A stretch of DNA of 63,891 nt, counting the filler, from Chrysochromulina tobinii (taxonomy: Eukaryota), in NCBI GenBank assembly GCA_001275005.1. It is 8 parts of 8 records of this genome, joined end to end, with 100 filler letters (N's around TTAATTAATTAA, not from the genome) between each part and the next. Parts side by side here need not be neighbours in the genome. Positions count along the whole stretch, not along the records: positions 34,281 to 38,293 come from JWZX01000785.1; positions 38,394 to 40,334 come from JWZX01000786.1; positions 40,435 to 50,244 come from JWZX01000787.1; 5 more parts are not named here. One strand, 5' to 3'. A program made the position numbers and the translations under genes. The notes under the pieces were generated by a model that worked only from the letters and a program-made list of their open reading frames with translations, was not told the DNA's origin and searched no databases. Below are positions 34,726 to 46,113 of the stretch, piece after piece. Positions within the stretch are counted from its first letter, which is position 1. Every line of letters starts with the position of its first letter.

Positions 34726-37700
34726 TCATCGACGATCTGCTCGCCGCCGCACGGTCGCCCCTGCTCCGTTTCGTTTCTCGAGCGCGGTCGAGGTGACGAG
34801 AGCCTCCGCCAGGGCCTTGCAAATAACGTACAGCTCGGCTGTGCGGTGGAACGGAGTGTCACCCTCCTCAACAACGTAGCGCACGTCGCTTCTGGCGGCG
34901 ACGACCGGGTAGTCTGGGTCCACGGAGGGGCGGTTGATGCAGATCGGGTCGGCCCATTTGGTGTGGACTATGGCGGCGATGCTGCAGGTGGGGAGTGCGG
35001 CGGGCCGAGGTCGTCTCTGATCCGCCTCCGGCGCTCGCGTGGGAAGGGAGTGGACGCCGCCGACGTCGAGTGCGCGCAGTATTGCGGCGATCTGTGGGTG
35101 GTGTTCGAGTTCGGGGATGATCCGTGGCTCGTCCGGCAGGCATCCTGAGTGGTTAACGAGGTGACTGAATGCTGCCTCATGGCCGTGGTCCGAGAGGCAC
35201 TCGAGGCCGGCGCCATGCCGTACAGAGGTTCCTCCTTGCGGCCCGTCACTGTCGGTCGTGAGGTGCACGAGAGAGTAAGTCATCTGCAGGGCTCCGCAGA
35301 TCGTGCCAAGGCCGAAGTGGTCGGGGGGGCAATCTCCGTGGTTAGGGCCAGCTGGTACGCCTGAGGGGTCGACCACGGGCTGTGCCTGCGTGGGCTCTGG
35401 TGTCGGGGTGCGGCGGCGGCCAGCGCCTCGGAGACGCAAGATCATGCCGACCGGGGGCGGCGCTACGGGCAATCCGGGTACGACAACTAGCGCTGGCGCC
35501 GGAGCTGGTACATCTTCGGGCACGGTAGCCGTCGCCTGGGGCGGCGTGGGAACAGGGGCGTGGGAGACGTCGTGGTGCACGGAGGCAACCCTCGTGACCG
35601 TAATCGGCGCCGGAGTGTCCCAGAGAGCGATGGAGAGCTGGACCGTCACGCCGTTCATCGGGACGATCGTCGCGCAGAGCGCCGCGTAGGTCGTGGTGCG
35701 GCGGCTGGTCGGGTAGCAGGTAGTACTGCATGTTGCGGTGCGGGGCCGGGCGCAGGAGGCCTCGGCGCAAGCGCGCTGCCTTCTCGAATTCCTGCGGGCT
35801 TCGCGGATGCGGCGGCGTCGCGGTTGTAGAGGCTGCTCGCGGCACTTGGCTTCGATTGGGCCGACAGGCTCACGGCGTCGTAGGTGCAGCACACGTTGCT
35901 GGGACGCGTAGTGCCAAGGGCTTCGGCTGGATCGCGGTATGACGGCCATCGTGTGCTTGCATCGGTGGGATTCGATAGCGGCTACAAGCCTACGGCGGCG
36001 TTCCTTGGGGCTATCACCAACGGTATCCTGACGCCCCACGAGTGAGCAGCGGATGTGGTGTGCGCTTAACGAGTTGGGGGGGAAGTGGGGCTTCGGTTCC
36101 CTTACCTGCTCCGAGTCCTCCTCCTCCTTGGTCTTCGCCTTCGGCGTGGCCTTGCCGAACACTCTCGGGGCTGCCCCTCGTAGGTAGGGCGCATGCGGCG
36201 TCGAGTGCAAAATGGATGCGTACAGTGCGATGCCGAGTAGGGATGGCGTGGGAGTGTTAATGGCAGTGAACAGGAGTCGCACGTGGGTTGCCCGCTCATC
36301 GTTCGCCTGCATCTTGCCGACTTCCCTCGTCACGAAGATAGGCTTCCATTCGCAAACTTCCGGTCTCGGCCAGGTTTCGGGCAGCGCGAATTCCTTGTTG
36401 AACTCGCGCATCTCGTCGCGCCTCTTCCATGCCTCGTGTTGCTCACGGGCTTGACGTACTTCGAGCTGCTGCGATGCGAGTGCTCGCTGCGCGTCATGCA
36501 CTTGCGTTTGCTGTAGCTCGCGCGCTTTGACTTTGCGGGTCTTGCGTGCATCTCGCGCTCGGCGTACCTTACGCAGTTTCCATGCTGTGGATCGTGTCTT
36601 CTTGGTCTTCTTGGGTGCAGCGAGCTGATCGAACGTCTCGTGCTCGGCCTTGCGCTTGACGGTCTGGTCGGTCGCCTCGTGTGCGGCCAGTCCGGTGCGT
36701 GCCTCACGCGTCGCTCGCGGCTCGCACTCCTCAAGGCACTCGGGCTCCTCACATGCAGCAAGCTCGCCGTGCACCTTAGGGAGTTCGACGGCTGGCGCCT
36801 TCGGCTCCTTGGTCGTCTCGCCCGGAGAAATAGCGGCACCCTCGGCGGCCTCATGTAAGACTTGGAGTGCGGTGTCGATCCATGAGGCGATCTCGGCGGC
36901 TGCGTCTCCGGGGGGCACGTTCACGAGCAGCGAGTGCAACTCGTCCAAGGACAGCCCGTCGAGCAGCATGCCCGTGATCTTGCCAGGCATCGTCACGTTG
37001 TGGCACTCGATGAGTTTATAGAGACGCTCCCCGAGCATCGGGAGGGGCTCCGGGTGCGCGAGGAGTGCGTGCAAGTCGAGCGGCATCGAGTGGCGCTGCT
37101 GCTCGAGGAGCTTCAACACGGCCGCCTCCGCGTGCGTGGTAAGGTGCGTGACGGGGTCCATCTCCACGTGCACCACGGGCCTACTCGTGGTCGTCTCCAG
37201 CTCCTTGGGCGTGGCCGACACGTCGGTCTTCTCGAGCTCGCGCTGCGCGGGTGTCGCCGGCTCCTTGGGCGCGGTCGGCACGGCGGTCTTCTCGGGCTTG
37301 TGCGGCGCGGGCGTCGCCAACTTGTCGGTCTGCTTGGCCTCGGGCTCCCACGGCTTCAAAAGTCGCGTGCCGACCAGAGAGTCGTAGTGGTTCGACCCGT
37401 ATACGACGTCGATCGGTGGGATACTGGCGTTGAATGCCATGGGCGACTCGCCGAGGACGGCCCAGAGGTGGAAGCGGCCGGGGCCGACGTTCGTGAAGAC
37501 CCTGATGCATGCACGGTAGACATGCGCGGATGCGACGAGCTCGGGTATGCCGGCCCACACACGTTCATGCTGCATGCGGTTACAGTACTCTTGCCATTGC
37601 TCGCCTGTCTCGCCGAATGCGAGGTCGGCGAGGGTGGTGCCGGCGAACGGGTGGTTCGGGTTGGCCTTGAGCCAGGTCGTCACCTGCTCACGCATCTCCT

Positions 37701-38292
37701 TGGCGTCGCCCAGCTTGAGCGAGTTGAGGAGCGAGTGGGGGAGGCAAGTGCCATCGCGTGGAATCTTCACGACAGTGCCGGAGAAAACGTCTGCGATGCG
37801 CGTCGCGGTGGTGTTGTCGGCCGTCCAGAATGCATGCCAAGGCTTGGCAGCGTCGATGGAGGCGATCGTGGCCGGCGTGCTGCGCTCGGTGACGTTGCTC
37901 AGCTTTGCGTTGCGCAACTTCGCGTCGTGTGGCTTCGTGGCGATCGCGGCCTGCTTCGGCTGCAGTTGCGCCGCGGGGTTGGCCGCAGCGCACTTCTTGA
38001 CGGCCGTCGACGATGGGGAGGGCGCGCGCGGCTTGGTGGTGTCGATGACGGTGCTCGGGGAGGTAGCGCTGCGCGTGGTGCGCGTGCGCGTGCGCTCGCC
38101 GTGCGACTGCGCGACGATGCTTGCCAGCTTTGCCGCCTGCGGTGTTGCTGCGGCCGCGGCTTGCGTCGTCGGGATCGTCGTCGACGATGAGTTTTCCAGC
38201 ACTCGCGATGGTGAAGGAGGCGTCGGAAAGCTCTCGTTCGTGGGCTTCTTCTGGTGCCCGGGTTGATTGTAGACGAGATACGGGTCCTTGGG
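34726..38292 (-). CDS. 5'-truncated intronless polyprotein with OTU cysteine protease and MLLE/PABC domain; probably mobile-element derived
   Basis: IPRDGTCLPHS...WAGIPEL...NHYDSL (OTU Cys/His); LGERLYKLI..GKITGMLLD (MLLE); frame open to the contig edge. Confidence 0.75.
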   Translation of the reverse strand, partial: PKDPYLVYNQPGHQKKPTNESFPTPPSPSRVLENSSSTTIPTTQAAAAATPQAAKLASIVAQSHGERTRTRTTRSATSPSTVIDTTKPRAPSPSSTAVKKCAAANPAAQLQPKQAAIATKPHDAKLRNAKLSNVTERSTPATIASIDAAKPWHAFWTADNTTATRIADVFSGTVVKIPRDGTCLPHSLLNSLKLGDAKEMREQVTTWLKANPNHPFAGTTLADLAFGETGEQWQEYCNRMQHERVWAGIPELVASAHVYRACIRVFTNVGPGRFHLWAVLGESPMAFNASIPPIDVVYGSNHYDSLVGTRLLKPWEPEAKQTDKLATPAPHKPEKTAVPTAPKEPATPAQRELEKTDVSATPKELETTTSRPVVHVEMDPVTHLTTHAEAAVLKLLEQQRHSMPLDLHALLAHPEPLPMLGERLYKLIECHNVTMPGKITGMLLDGLSLDELHSLLVNVPPGDAAAEIASWIDTALQVLHEAAEGAAISPGETTKEPKAPAVELPKVHGELAACEEPECLEECEPRATREARTGLAAHEATDQTVKRKAEHETFDQLAAPKKTKKTRSTAWKLRKVRRARDARKTRKVKARELQQTQVHDAQRALASQQLEVRQAREQHEAWKRRDEMREFNKEFALPETWPRPEVCEWKPIFVTREVGKMQANDERATHVRLLFTAINTPTPSLLGIALYASILHSTPHAPYLRGAAPRVFGKATPKAKTKEEEDSEQVREPKPHFPPNSLSAHHIRCSLVGRQDTVGDSPKERRRRLVAAIESHRCKHTMAVIPRSSRSPWHYASQQRVLHLRRREPVGPIEAKCREQPLQPRRRRIREARRNSRRQRACAEASCARPRTATCSTTCYPTSRRTTTYAALCATIVPMNGVTVQLSIALWDTPAPITVTRVASVHHDVSHAPVPTPPQATATVPEDVPAPAPALVVVPGLPVAPPPVGMILRLRGAGRRRTPTPEPTQAQPVVDPSGVPAGPNHGDCPPDHFGLGTICGALQMTYSLVHLTTDSDGPQGGTSVRHGAGLECLSDHGHEAAFSHLVNHSGCLPDEPRIIPELEHHPQIAAILRALDVGGVHSLPTRAPEADQRRPRPAALPTCSIAAIVHTKWADPICINRPSVDPDYPVVAARSDVRYVVEEGDTPFHRTAELYVICKALAEALVTSTALEKRNGAGATVRRRADRR

Positions 38293-38697
38293 TNNNNNNN
38301 NNNNNNNNNNNNNNNNNNNNNNNNNNNNNNNNNNNNNTTAATTAATTAANNNNNNNNNNNNNNNNNNNNNNNNNNNNNNNNNNNNNNNNNNNNCGTCAGC
38401 GCCTTCGGAGGCTTCCATGGCCTGCCCGGCGGCCCGGCGATGGCGAAAGCCTCAATTGTTGAGTTTTACATGGGACGATTGAGCCAAAAAACCCTGAATT
38501 CCTCAGGGCATCTTTAAAAGATCACCCCAGAACATGGCGCATTAAGTCCCGGTACTTTGCCTGCGGTTCGCAGGTCGTTAAATATGCTGAGCTGCATGCA
38601 ACGTTAAAACGTTATATCTAAGCTCCTTGAAAGATTTAATTTTGCATGCAACTCAACTTGCAACTCCATAGAATTTTAACGGACCCAGATCTAAGAA

Positions 38698-39417
38698 ATG
38701 TGCCGTGCAGGCAAGCGTGTGGTCGTTCCGCCCGCTCGCTTCGATGACTTCGTCGACGACAGCGGCGACGACGAAGACGCGATGCCTGCAGCTGGTGCGA
38801 TCGAGGGCGTGGTCCACCACGCCAAGAACCGCCGCATCCGCGGCGCACATAGCAGGAGCGCGCACGCGCGCGCACACTTCCAGAACGGCGTCGTCGACAA
38901 GGCGCCCCTCAAGAAGATGAAAGGCAAGGTGGAGCCCGGCAAGCGCGTCATCGCCGAGTGGCTGCTCATCAAGGGCGCGCCCTTGTGCTTTACACGGAAC
39001 GCTGCGGGTAAGCCATACTACTACATCGACGAGAAGGCCATCAACAAGTTCTCACTCGCACAGTCCCACACTCCGCGGACCAGCACCGGAGCACCTAATG
39101 AAGGCGCCATCCGACTCAAGGAGTTGCTCGGCGCCGATGGCAAGCTGGTCTGCGGCCGCTGCAACGTCATCTTCGGAGCGAAGGTGTGCGACACCGAGGG
39201 CAACGAGTTCGGTCAACTCGGCGTCTCGTCGTTCCAGCTCGACCACATCGACCCCAAGCACCCGACCATGAGCCAGGGCCGGAGCTTCCAAGACTACATG
39301 GACGCGTACGAGCAGGGCCAGATCGAAATCAAGTGCTACGAATGTATCGGCCTCCAGTACAACAAGCAGGGCATGGAGCACGTCGGCAACTGCCGCAAGT
39401 ACGCCGCAACCGCATGA
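38698..39417 (+). CDS. HNH-type endonuclease-like Zn-binding protein
   Basis: CGRC...FQLDHIDP...CYEC spacing typical of HNH/McrA-like folds; start uncertain. Confidence 0.6.
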   Translation: MCRAGKRVVVPPARFDDFVDDSGDDEDAMPAAGAIEGVVHHAKNRRIRGAHSRSAHARAHFQNGVVDKAPLKKMKGKVEPGKRVIAEWLLIKGAPLCFTRNAAGKPYYYIDEKAINKFSLAQSHTPRTSTGAPNEGAIRLKELLGADGKLVCGRCNVIFGAKVCDTEGNEFGQLGVSSFQLDHIDPKHPTMSQGRSFQDYMDAYEQGQIEIKCYECIGLQYNKQGMEHVGNCRKYAATA

Positions 39418-40058
39418 GCGCGCGCGCGCGACGGCGAGCGTGAGCGCGCGAGGTGAGCGGCGCCGGTGAGGTCTCTAGTCTCTGGTCTCTGGTCTCTGGT
39501 CTCTGGTCTCTGGTGATGTGGTGAGCGGCGCCGGTGACGCGGGTCCGGTCTCTGGTCTCTGGTGTACGTGCTTAGGATCGGAGACTCCGTTCCGGTAGGT
39601 CGCGTGTCGGAGAGTGGCTGTTGCATTCGTGCTCGTGGAGTTTCATGGAGTTTGACCCGTGTGAACGCAGTGTGAACCCTTTTATTAATCACGCCCAGGT
39701 CGTCGCACATCGTGCTCCTCCGGAGCGGCGCTTTGGGAAACGCAAATTCAAGCATTTCCAGAAAGCTATCGTATGGAGTATGGTCGCGTAGCTCGTACGA
39801 GCCAAGAGGGGTGTGTGTTTTTGATAGGGTTTGGGTTAGGGATAGACGATCCGCCAGTAATCCGTCAGGCACATCTCCTAGTTCCGATACGGCAGCTCTC
39901 AGAGAGGCTTTCTGGTGTCAGGCTGGTGTGTCGAATTTGGACGAGTCTAAACATAAAAAATTCACTGCGCGTAATTTTACTGCGTTCCGCCGTTCTGGAC
40001 CACTTGTGGAGATTCCACAATCATGAAGGTTCGCATGTACGCTATAATGTCGACCTGA

Positions 40059-40334
40059 TCAGCCCCTCCCAACGAATGGCATGTTGGTGGCCATCACGGT
40101 CATGTGCAGCACGTTCGCCGTGAGCGGGAGCTGTGCCATGTAGAACACGGCGTCGGCCGCGTCAGTCTGCGACATGCGCGGTTCGGCCCTGATGCTGCCG
40201 TCCGCCTGCGGCATGCCCACGGCCATGCCTGCCGAGATGGCGGAGACGACGTTGCCAAAGTCAATCTGGCCGCACGCGACCTGGTGAGCGCGCCCGTCGA
40301 GGGCAATCGACTTTGTGAGCCCGGTGATCGCGTG
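40059..40334 (-). CDS. C-terminal part of an SDR oxidoreductase (5'-truncated; absent from the ORF track)
   Basis: Manual translation [28 protein letters not shown]...[27 protein letters not shown]. Confidence 0.85.
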   Translation of the reverse strand, partial: HAITGLTKSIALDGRAHQVACGQIDFGNVVSAISAGMAVGMPQADGSIRAEPRMSQTDAADAVFYMAQLPLTANVLHMTVMATNMPFVGRG

Positions 40335-40434
40335 NNNNNNNNNNNNNNNNNNNNNNNNNNNNNNNNNNNNNNNNNNNNTTAATTAATTAANNNNNNNNNN
40401 NNNNNNNNNNNNNNNNNNNNNNNNNNNNNNNNNN

Positions 40435-43400
40435 CCTTCGACATCGGGTCGTCGCGAGGCGCGAACGAGGCGCGCCATCCCTCGAAGCCAAGCGCGAGCT
40501 TGCGGTTGATCATCCGGCTCAGGCCCTTGCGCAGCTTGCGAAGGAACTCGGCGCGCTCGACGGCCATCTCGAGCCACGCGCCGAAGCCCCGAGACAAGCC
40601 GCGGTTGATCAGGTGGCTCAGGCTTCTGCGCATCGACTCGCGCTTCGCCTTCACCGCAGCCCACCGCGAGTGCCAGCCCACCCAGCCGCGGGCGAGCTCG
40701 CGGTTGAGGAAATAGAGGAGTGCCTTCGACATCGGGTCATCACGAGGTGCGAAGGCGGCGATCCACCGATCAAACCCGAACGCGAGCTTGCGGTTGATCA
40801 TCCGGCTCAGACCCTTGCGCAGCTTGCGAAGGAACTCGGCGCGCTCAGCCGCCATCTCGACCCATGCGCCCCAGCCGCGCGACTGGCCGCGATGCAGCAG
40901 GTGGCCCACACTCTTGCGCATCGACTCGCGCTTCGCCTTGAGCTCCGAAAACGCCATGTACCACGCCACCCAGCCTCGAGACAGCCCGCGGTTCATCAGA
41001 TGCAGCAGCGCCTTCGTCATGTGCCCCTGCTGCGACTCTCGCATCTGCTTATGCGCGATCGCGGACAGCCAGCCAGCAAACCCGAGCGCCACCTTCCGGT
41101 TGATCAAGAAGCCCAAGCCCTTGCGCAGCAGGCGCAAGAACTCAGCACGCTCGACGGCCATCTCGACCCACGCGCCCCAGCCTCGCGACAAGCCGCGATT
41201 GAGCATGTGGCCGAGACCGCGCTTCAGCGCTGCGCGCTTGCGAGCGCCTTCCTCCCATGTAGAGTGCCACGCGTTCCAGCCGAGCGCGAGCTTCCGGTTG
41301 ACGAAGTAGCTCAGAGCCTTCGACATCGGGTCGTCGCGAGGCGCGAACGAGGCGCGCCATCCCTCGAAGCCAAGCGCGAGCTTGCGGTTGATCATCCGGC
41401 TCAGACCCTTGCGCAGCTTGCGAAGGAACTCGGCGCGCTCGATGGCCATCTCGAGCCACGCGCCGAAGCCCCGAGACAGCTCGCGGTTGATCAGGTGGCT
41501 CAGGCTTCTGCGCATCGACTCGCGCTTCGCCTTCACCGCAGCCCACCGCGAGTGCCAGCCCACCCAGCCGCGGGCGAGCTCGCGGTTGAGGAAATAGAGG
41601 AGTGCCTTCGTCATTGGATTCGTTGTCCTCGGCGCGCGCAGCTCGAGCCACGTAGCGAACCCTTGCGCGAGCTTTCGGTTGATCAAGAAGCTCGCTCCTT
41701 TCCTGAGCAGGCGGATGGACTGAGCGCGCGTGACTGCGAACGTGAACCATGTTTCCCATCCTTGTGCTAATCTGCGATTGGCCAGACGTCCGATGGCGCC
41801 ACGTGTCTTCTCATGAAACTCGACTAGGCTCTGCCAGACGCTGAACCATCCATTCCAGCCCTTCGTGAGCCCACGACGGCGCTTATGGTTGACCGCACGA
41901 GAGAGCAGGGCTACTCGCGGATCTACAGCTTCCTTCGTGCGCCATTTCGTAAGCGCCATCGCCACCTTCCGGTGGATCAAGAAGCCCAGGCCCTTGCGCA
42001 GCAGGCGCAGGAACTCGGCGCGCTCGACGGCCATCTCGACCCATGCGCCGAAGCCGCGCGACAGGCCGCGGTTGAGCATGTGGCCCAGGCTCTTGCGCAT
42101 CGACTCACGCTTCACTTTCAGCTCCTCCCACGTCGCATACCACGCCGTCCAGCCGCGCGACAGCCCGCGGTTCATCAGGTGCCGCAGCGCCTTCGACATC
42201 GGGTCATCACGAGGTGCGAAGGCGGCGATCCACCGATCGAACCCGAGCGCGAGCTTGCGGTTGATCATCCGGCTCAGACCCTTGCGCAGCTTGCGCATGA
42301 GCTCCGCACGCTCAGCGGCCATCTCGGACCAAGCACCGAAGCATCGCGACAGGCCGCGATTGATCAGGTGGCTTAAGCTCTTACGCATCGAGTCGCGCTT
42401 CCCTTTAATCGCAGCCCACCGCGAGTGCCATGCTGTCCAGCCGTGCGAGAGATGACGGTGGACGAGGTGGCGAAGGGCACGGCTCATCGGATCTGCAGTG
42501 CGCGACTCGCGCAGCTGGGAGACAGCACTCCACGCGCCAAAGCCGATGACGAGCTTGCGGTTGACCATAAAGCCCATGCCCTTGCGCAGCAACCGGAGGA
42601 ACTCGGTGCGCTCAGCAGCCAGCTCGATCCATGCACCCCAGCCGAGCGAGAGCTTGCGGTTCTTTAGGTGTCCCAGAGCCTTGCTCATGGGCTCGAGCTT
42701 CGCCTTGCGCTCCACCACAAACCACTCCCACGCGGTCCACCCACGCGCGAGGCCGCGGTTGATGAGGTCGGTGAGGGCGCGACGGGCCACCCCGCGTGCT
42801 GCCTGCCGGTCGCCGCACAGCGCCCGCCAGCCCTGCCAGCCGAGTGCCAGCTTGCGGTGGATCATGTGCTTGAACACCTGCCTCATCTTCGTGCGGTGCG
42901 CGTCGCGCTTGCTACGGCGGGCGTCCCATGCGTTCCATGCAGCGACGAGCCCGCGCTTGCGGAAGGCACCCACTGCCTTCTTCATCAAGGCCACGCGGTC
43001 CTTGCCGCTGGCCAAGGCCGCGCGCCACTGCTGAAACGCCGCCTTTCGCAGGCTCGTGCGCTTGATCGTGAAGGCGCGGTTCAAGACGCGCAGCGAGTGC
43101 GTGCGCCACTTGCTGGACGCAGCCCAGTTTCGAAAGTCGCTCTTCTTGTCACGCTTCCCCGCCAGCTGGCGCGCGCGGCGCATCCTATCGCGCTGCTCGC
43201 GCTGCTCGACGGCGCGGACCTTCCACAGACGCAGCCGATCGAGGCGGCGGCGCCGATCGCGCCGCTGCCGGAAGCTCGCTGCCTTCTTGCTGAGCGAGCG
43301 GGCGTACGCGAGGTCACCCCACTGCTGGAACGCGCTGGCGCGAGCGCCGCTCACCCACTGCTCCGTCGCGGCGAGCGCCATGCGCCGCTCGCGCAGCTCG

Positions 43401-44958
43401 TGCCCGTGCATCACGCTCTGGTCCCACTGGTTCATCGCGCGCGACAGCTTCTGCTGCCGGAGGTGCTGCATGGCCTCGTGCATGAGCTGCAGGCCACGCA
43501 CGCGGTCCGCCCACCGGTAGAACCAGTTGGCCTTGCGGAGTTTCTGCATCAGCTGCTTCTGCTTGGCGCTCAGCGCGATGGGCACACGCGAACGGTTCCC
43601 CTTGAGAGCGCGCAGGCCGCGTCGCAGGCGCAGGCGCCTCGCCGCTTTCGCACCGTACTTGATCGCCGCACGCCCGTGCGCGATCGTGAACCAGCGTAGC
43701 AGCATGCCATGCTTCCACTTGCGCAGCGCGGCCTTGAAGGAGGCGGCCGAATCGGCGTGCAGCTTAGGCGAGACCGTGCGCCGCCGCCATGCGCGCCAGA
43801 AGCTCTGCCGTGTGATGCGCGCCACTGTTGTGCGTACCCTGCGAAGCTGCCGCGCCACCTTTGCCGCCCGCCTCCAGAGCTTCCATACCTGGCGCCGTCG
43901 CAAGTGCAGGAGCTGCACCCCCGCGGTCCGGCCGAACGTGCGAAGCGCGGCCTCCCGGCGCCACCGGCGCAGCGCACGGTGGAACTTGGAGCGCAGCAGC
44001 TGGCGCTTCTGCTCCTCGACCGAGACCTGCCAGCTGCGCACGTAATCGAGGAACTCGGCCCATTTCCACAGCCACACGCGGATGCGCGTGCGGCGCATGA
44101 GCACACCCACGCGGAGGAAGGCGGCGTGCAGGGCTGCATCGGACCTCCAGAAGCGCAGCGACTGTCGCCTTCGTAGGTTGTTGAGCGCCTCGAACGCCGC
44201 GCGCTCGGGTGCCGCGCGCTGCAGCTTGGCCACCGCCGCTTGCACCCACACGCGCAGGGCCGTGCGCTGGCGCAGGTTGCGCACGCGCTGCTCCTTGTCG
44301 AGCAGCCCAAGCCCGTAGCGCGTCCCCTCACGCCACACGTGGAACGCGTCAAACTTGGCCGCGGCGGACGAGTGCTTGCGCGCTGTCGCGAGCATCTGGC
44401 TCTGCATCTCGCGCCGTCGCGCGGTCGTTACTTGGCTGTTGAGCTTCCACTCGACGAGGGCCTGCCGCTGCAGGTACCCGTAAGGCAGCTCGAGGATCGC
44501 GCGCGGCCGGAGCTTGCGCGCGTGCGCCTTCTGCGCCCATCGCTGGAAGAGGCGCGACGCACGCTCGAGCACGAGGATGCGAGCCGCGCGCGCGGGCGCG
44601 ACGCCGCCTGAGCGCGCGGCCATCGCGCGCGCGTACTCCCACCAGAAGCGCGCCCACTTTTGCACCAAAGTGAGGTCTTGCTTCCGCCTCCAGGGCGCCA
44701 TCGCCTTGGCAAGCCGGACGCCGCTGTACTGGTCGGCATAGAACTCGCACCACGCCTCGAAGCCCGCCGACATCTTCGTCTTCTTGACCGACCAGCCGCG
44801 CGACTCGAGCTCGATCTCCCACTTTTTGTAGCCCTTGGGCTTCTCGCCCGGCCGGATGTGGCGGAGCGCGGCCATCTTGGTCGACTCTTTTGGGACTGTG
44901 AGCACGGTCCCGGGCTTGGCCGGCTGCTTTTTCAGCGCAGCCTTGCCCTTGCCGCCCT

Positions 44959-44995
<37 letters not shown>

Positions 44996-45232
44996 AGCGG
45001 CGGCTTCGGCCTCCTTGGCCGCCACCTCCTCGAGAGAGAGGATTGGACCGTGGAAGGGATCCTCCTGCTTCACACCGCCCTTAGTGGCCAGGATGGCGTC
45101 GCGCGCGGCCTTGCGCCGCACCGCTCGTTGGCCGGCGGCGATGGCCATCGCCACTTTCGTATCATAGACGTGCTGCTGCTGCTTCTGCTTGCTAAGTGCG
45201 ACCCATCGCTCCTGCGCGCGACGGGTCGTCAA
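40435..45232 (-). CDS. Large Sfi1-like (putative centrin-binding) Trp/Arg repeat protein, 3'-truncated; N-terminal exon unresolved
   Basis: Dozens of LxRG[FW]xxW / FxxW helical repeats, with higher-order DNA repeats in 40435-42700. Confidence 0.7.
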
Positions 45233-45308
45233 AGGCGGCCGTGGTCAGTCAGAGCTGAGGCGCTGCTGGGAGCGGCAGAACCGGGGTAGGCAGCGGCGAT
45301 GGCCGCCG

Positions 45309-45321
45309 CAGCAGCAGCAGC

Positions 45322-45408
<87 letters not shown>
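45309..45408 (+). repeat. (CAG)n microsatellite, ~33 units with one CGG interruption
   Basis: Direct reading. Confidence 0.97.
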
Positions 45409-45411
<3 letters not shown>

Positions 45412-45936
45412 TTGGGCGCTACTCCGGTTACCGCGCCTGCGGCGACGAGCAAAGACTTTGGTTCCTCGCTCCTTTATGACGTCGATTGAGCTGCCCGCCG
45501 GCTTCACGAGCATCGTGGACTAAGCAATTGTGCCCAAGGCCGCTCAAATCAAGCAGCGGGGCGACTGATCTGGCCTCACGAGCCTCGGTGATGCCGCATT
45601 CTTCACCTCTCCATTTCGTGGACTCCGGGAACCAGGATCATAACGCCAGAGTTGATCAGAGCAGGAGCGGTCGCAGGGAATCTGTGCAAAATCATTTTCC
45701 TCATTCCTGAACTATAGTCACTATCTTCCACAGAGCGCTTCGAAGAGCGCTAAAGACCATGGGGTAGTTCTTAGGTAGTTCTAGTTGGTACCACTTTATT
45801 AGTCTAATTAGTCTAATGATTCATGACGCAGCGTAACCGTAAGAGGGGAAATTTGTACGGCAGCGACGAGCGAGCAACGAGCAGCGAGCAGCGTTCTATC
45901 ACGCTATGGCGCTTCTGCGGTTCTGGCAGTTCTGGT

Positions 45937-46113
45937 ATAGTTCACCCAAAGTGGGGGGTATCATCCCGTAGGATCATCCTTGTGCAGCGGATTGCCTCCC
46001 GGAGGCTCAAATACTTCGCGTCATAGTTCCCAAAGTGGGGGGTATCATCCGATCATCCCCTTGGGCACAGCCACAGGGCAGCGGATGGCCTCCCGGAGGC
46101 TCAAATACTTCGC
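45937..46113. repeat. Imperfect ~85-bp tandem duplication with internal palindrome GCCTCCCGGAGGC
   Basis: ATAGTT..CCCAAAGTGGGGGGTATCATCC...GCAGCGGATxGCCTCCCGGAGGCTCAAATACTTCGCG occurs twice. Confidence 0.85.

Noticed and set aside
34341..34796. Plus-strand 151-aa ORF overlapping the polyprotein end
   Set aside because: No recognisable domain and it lies at a contig edge; cannot be supported, though it may be real
45189..45523. PolyQ/polyA/polyL proteins
   Set aside because: Short ORFs generated by the CAG microsatellite, with no other coding signal
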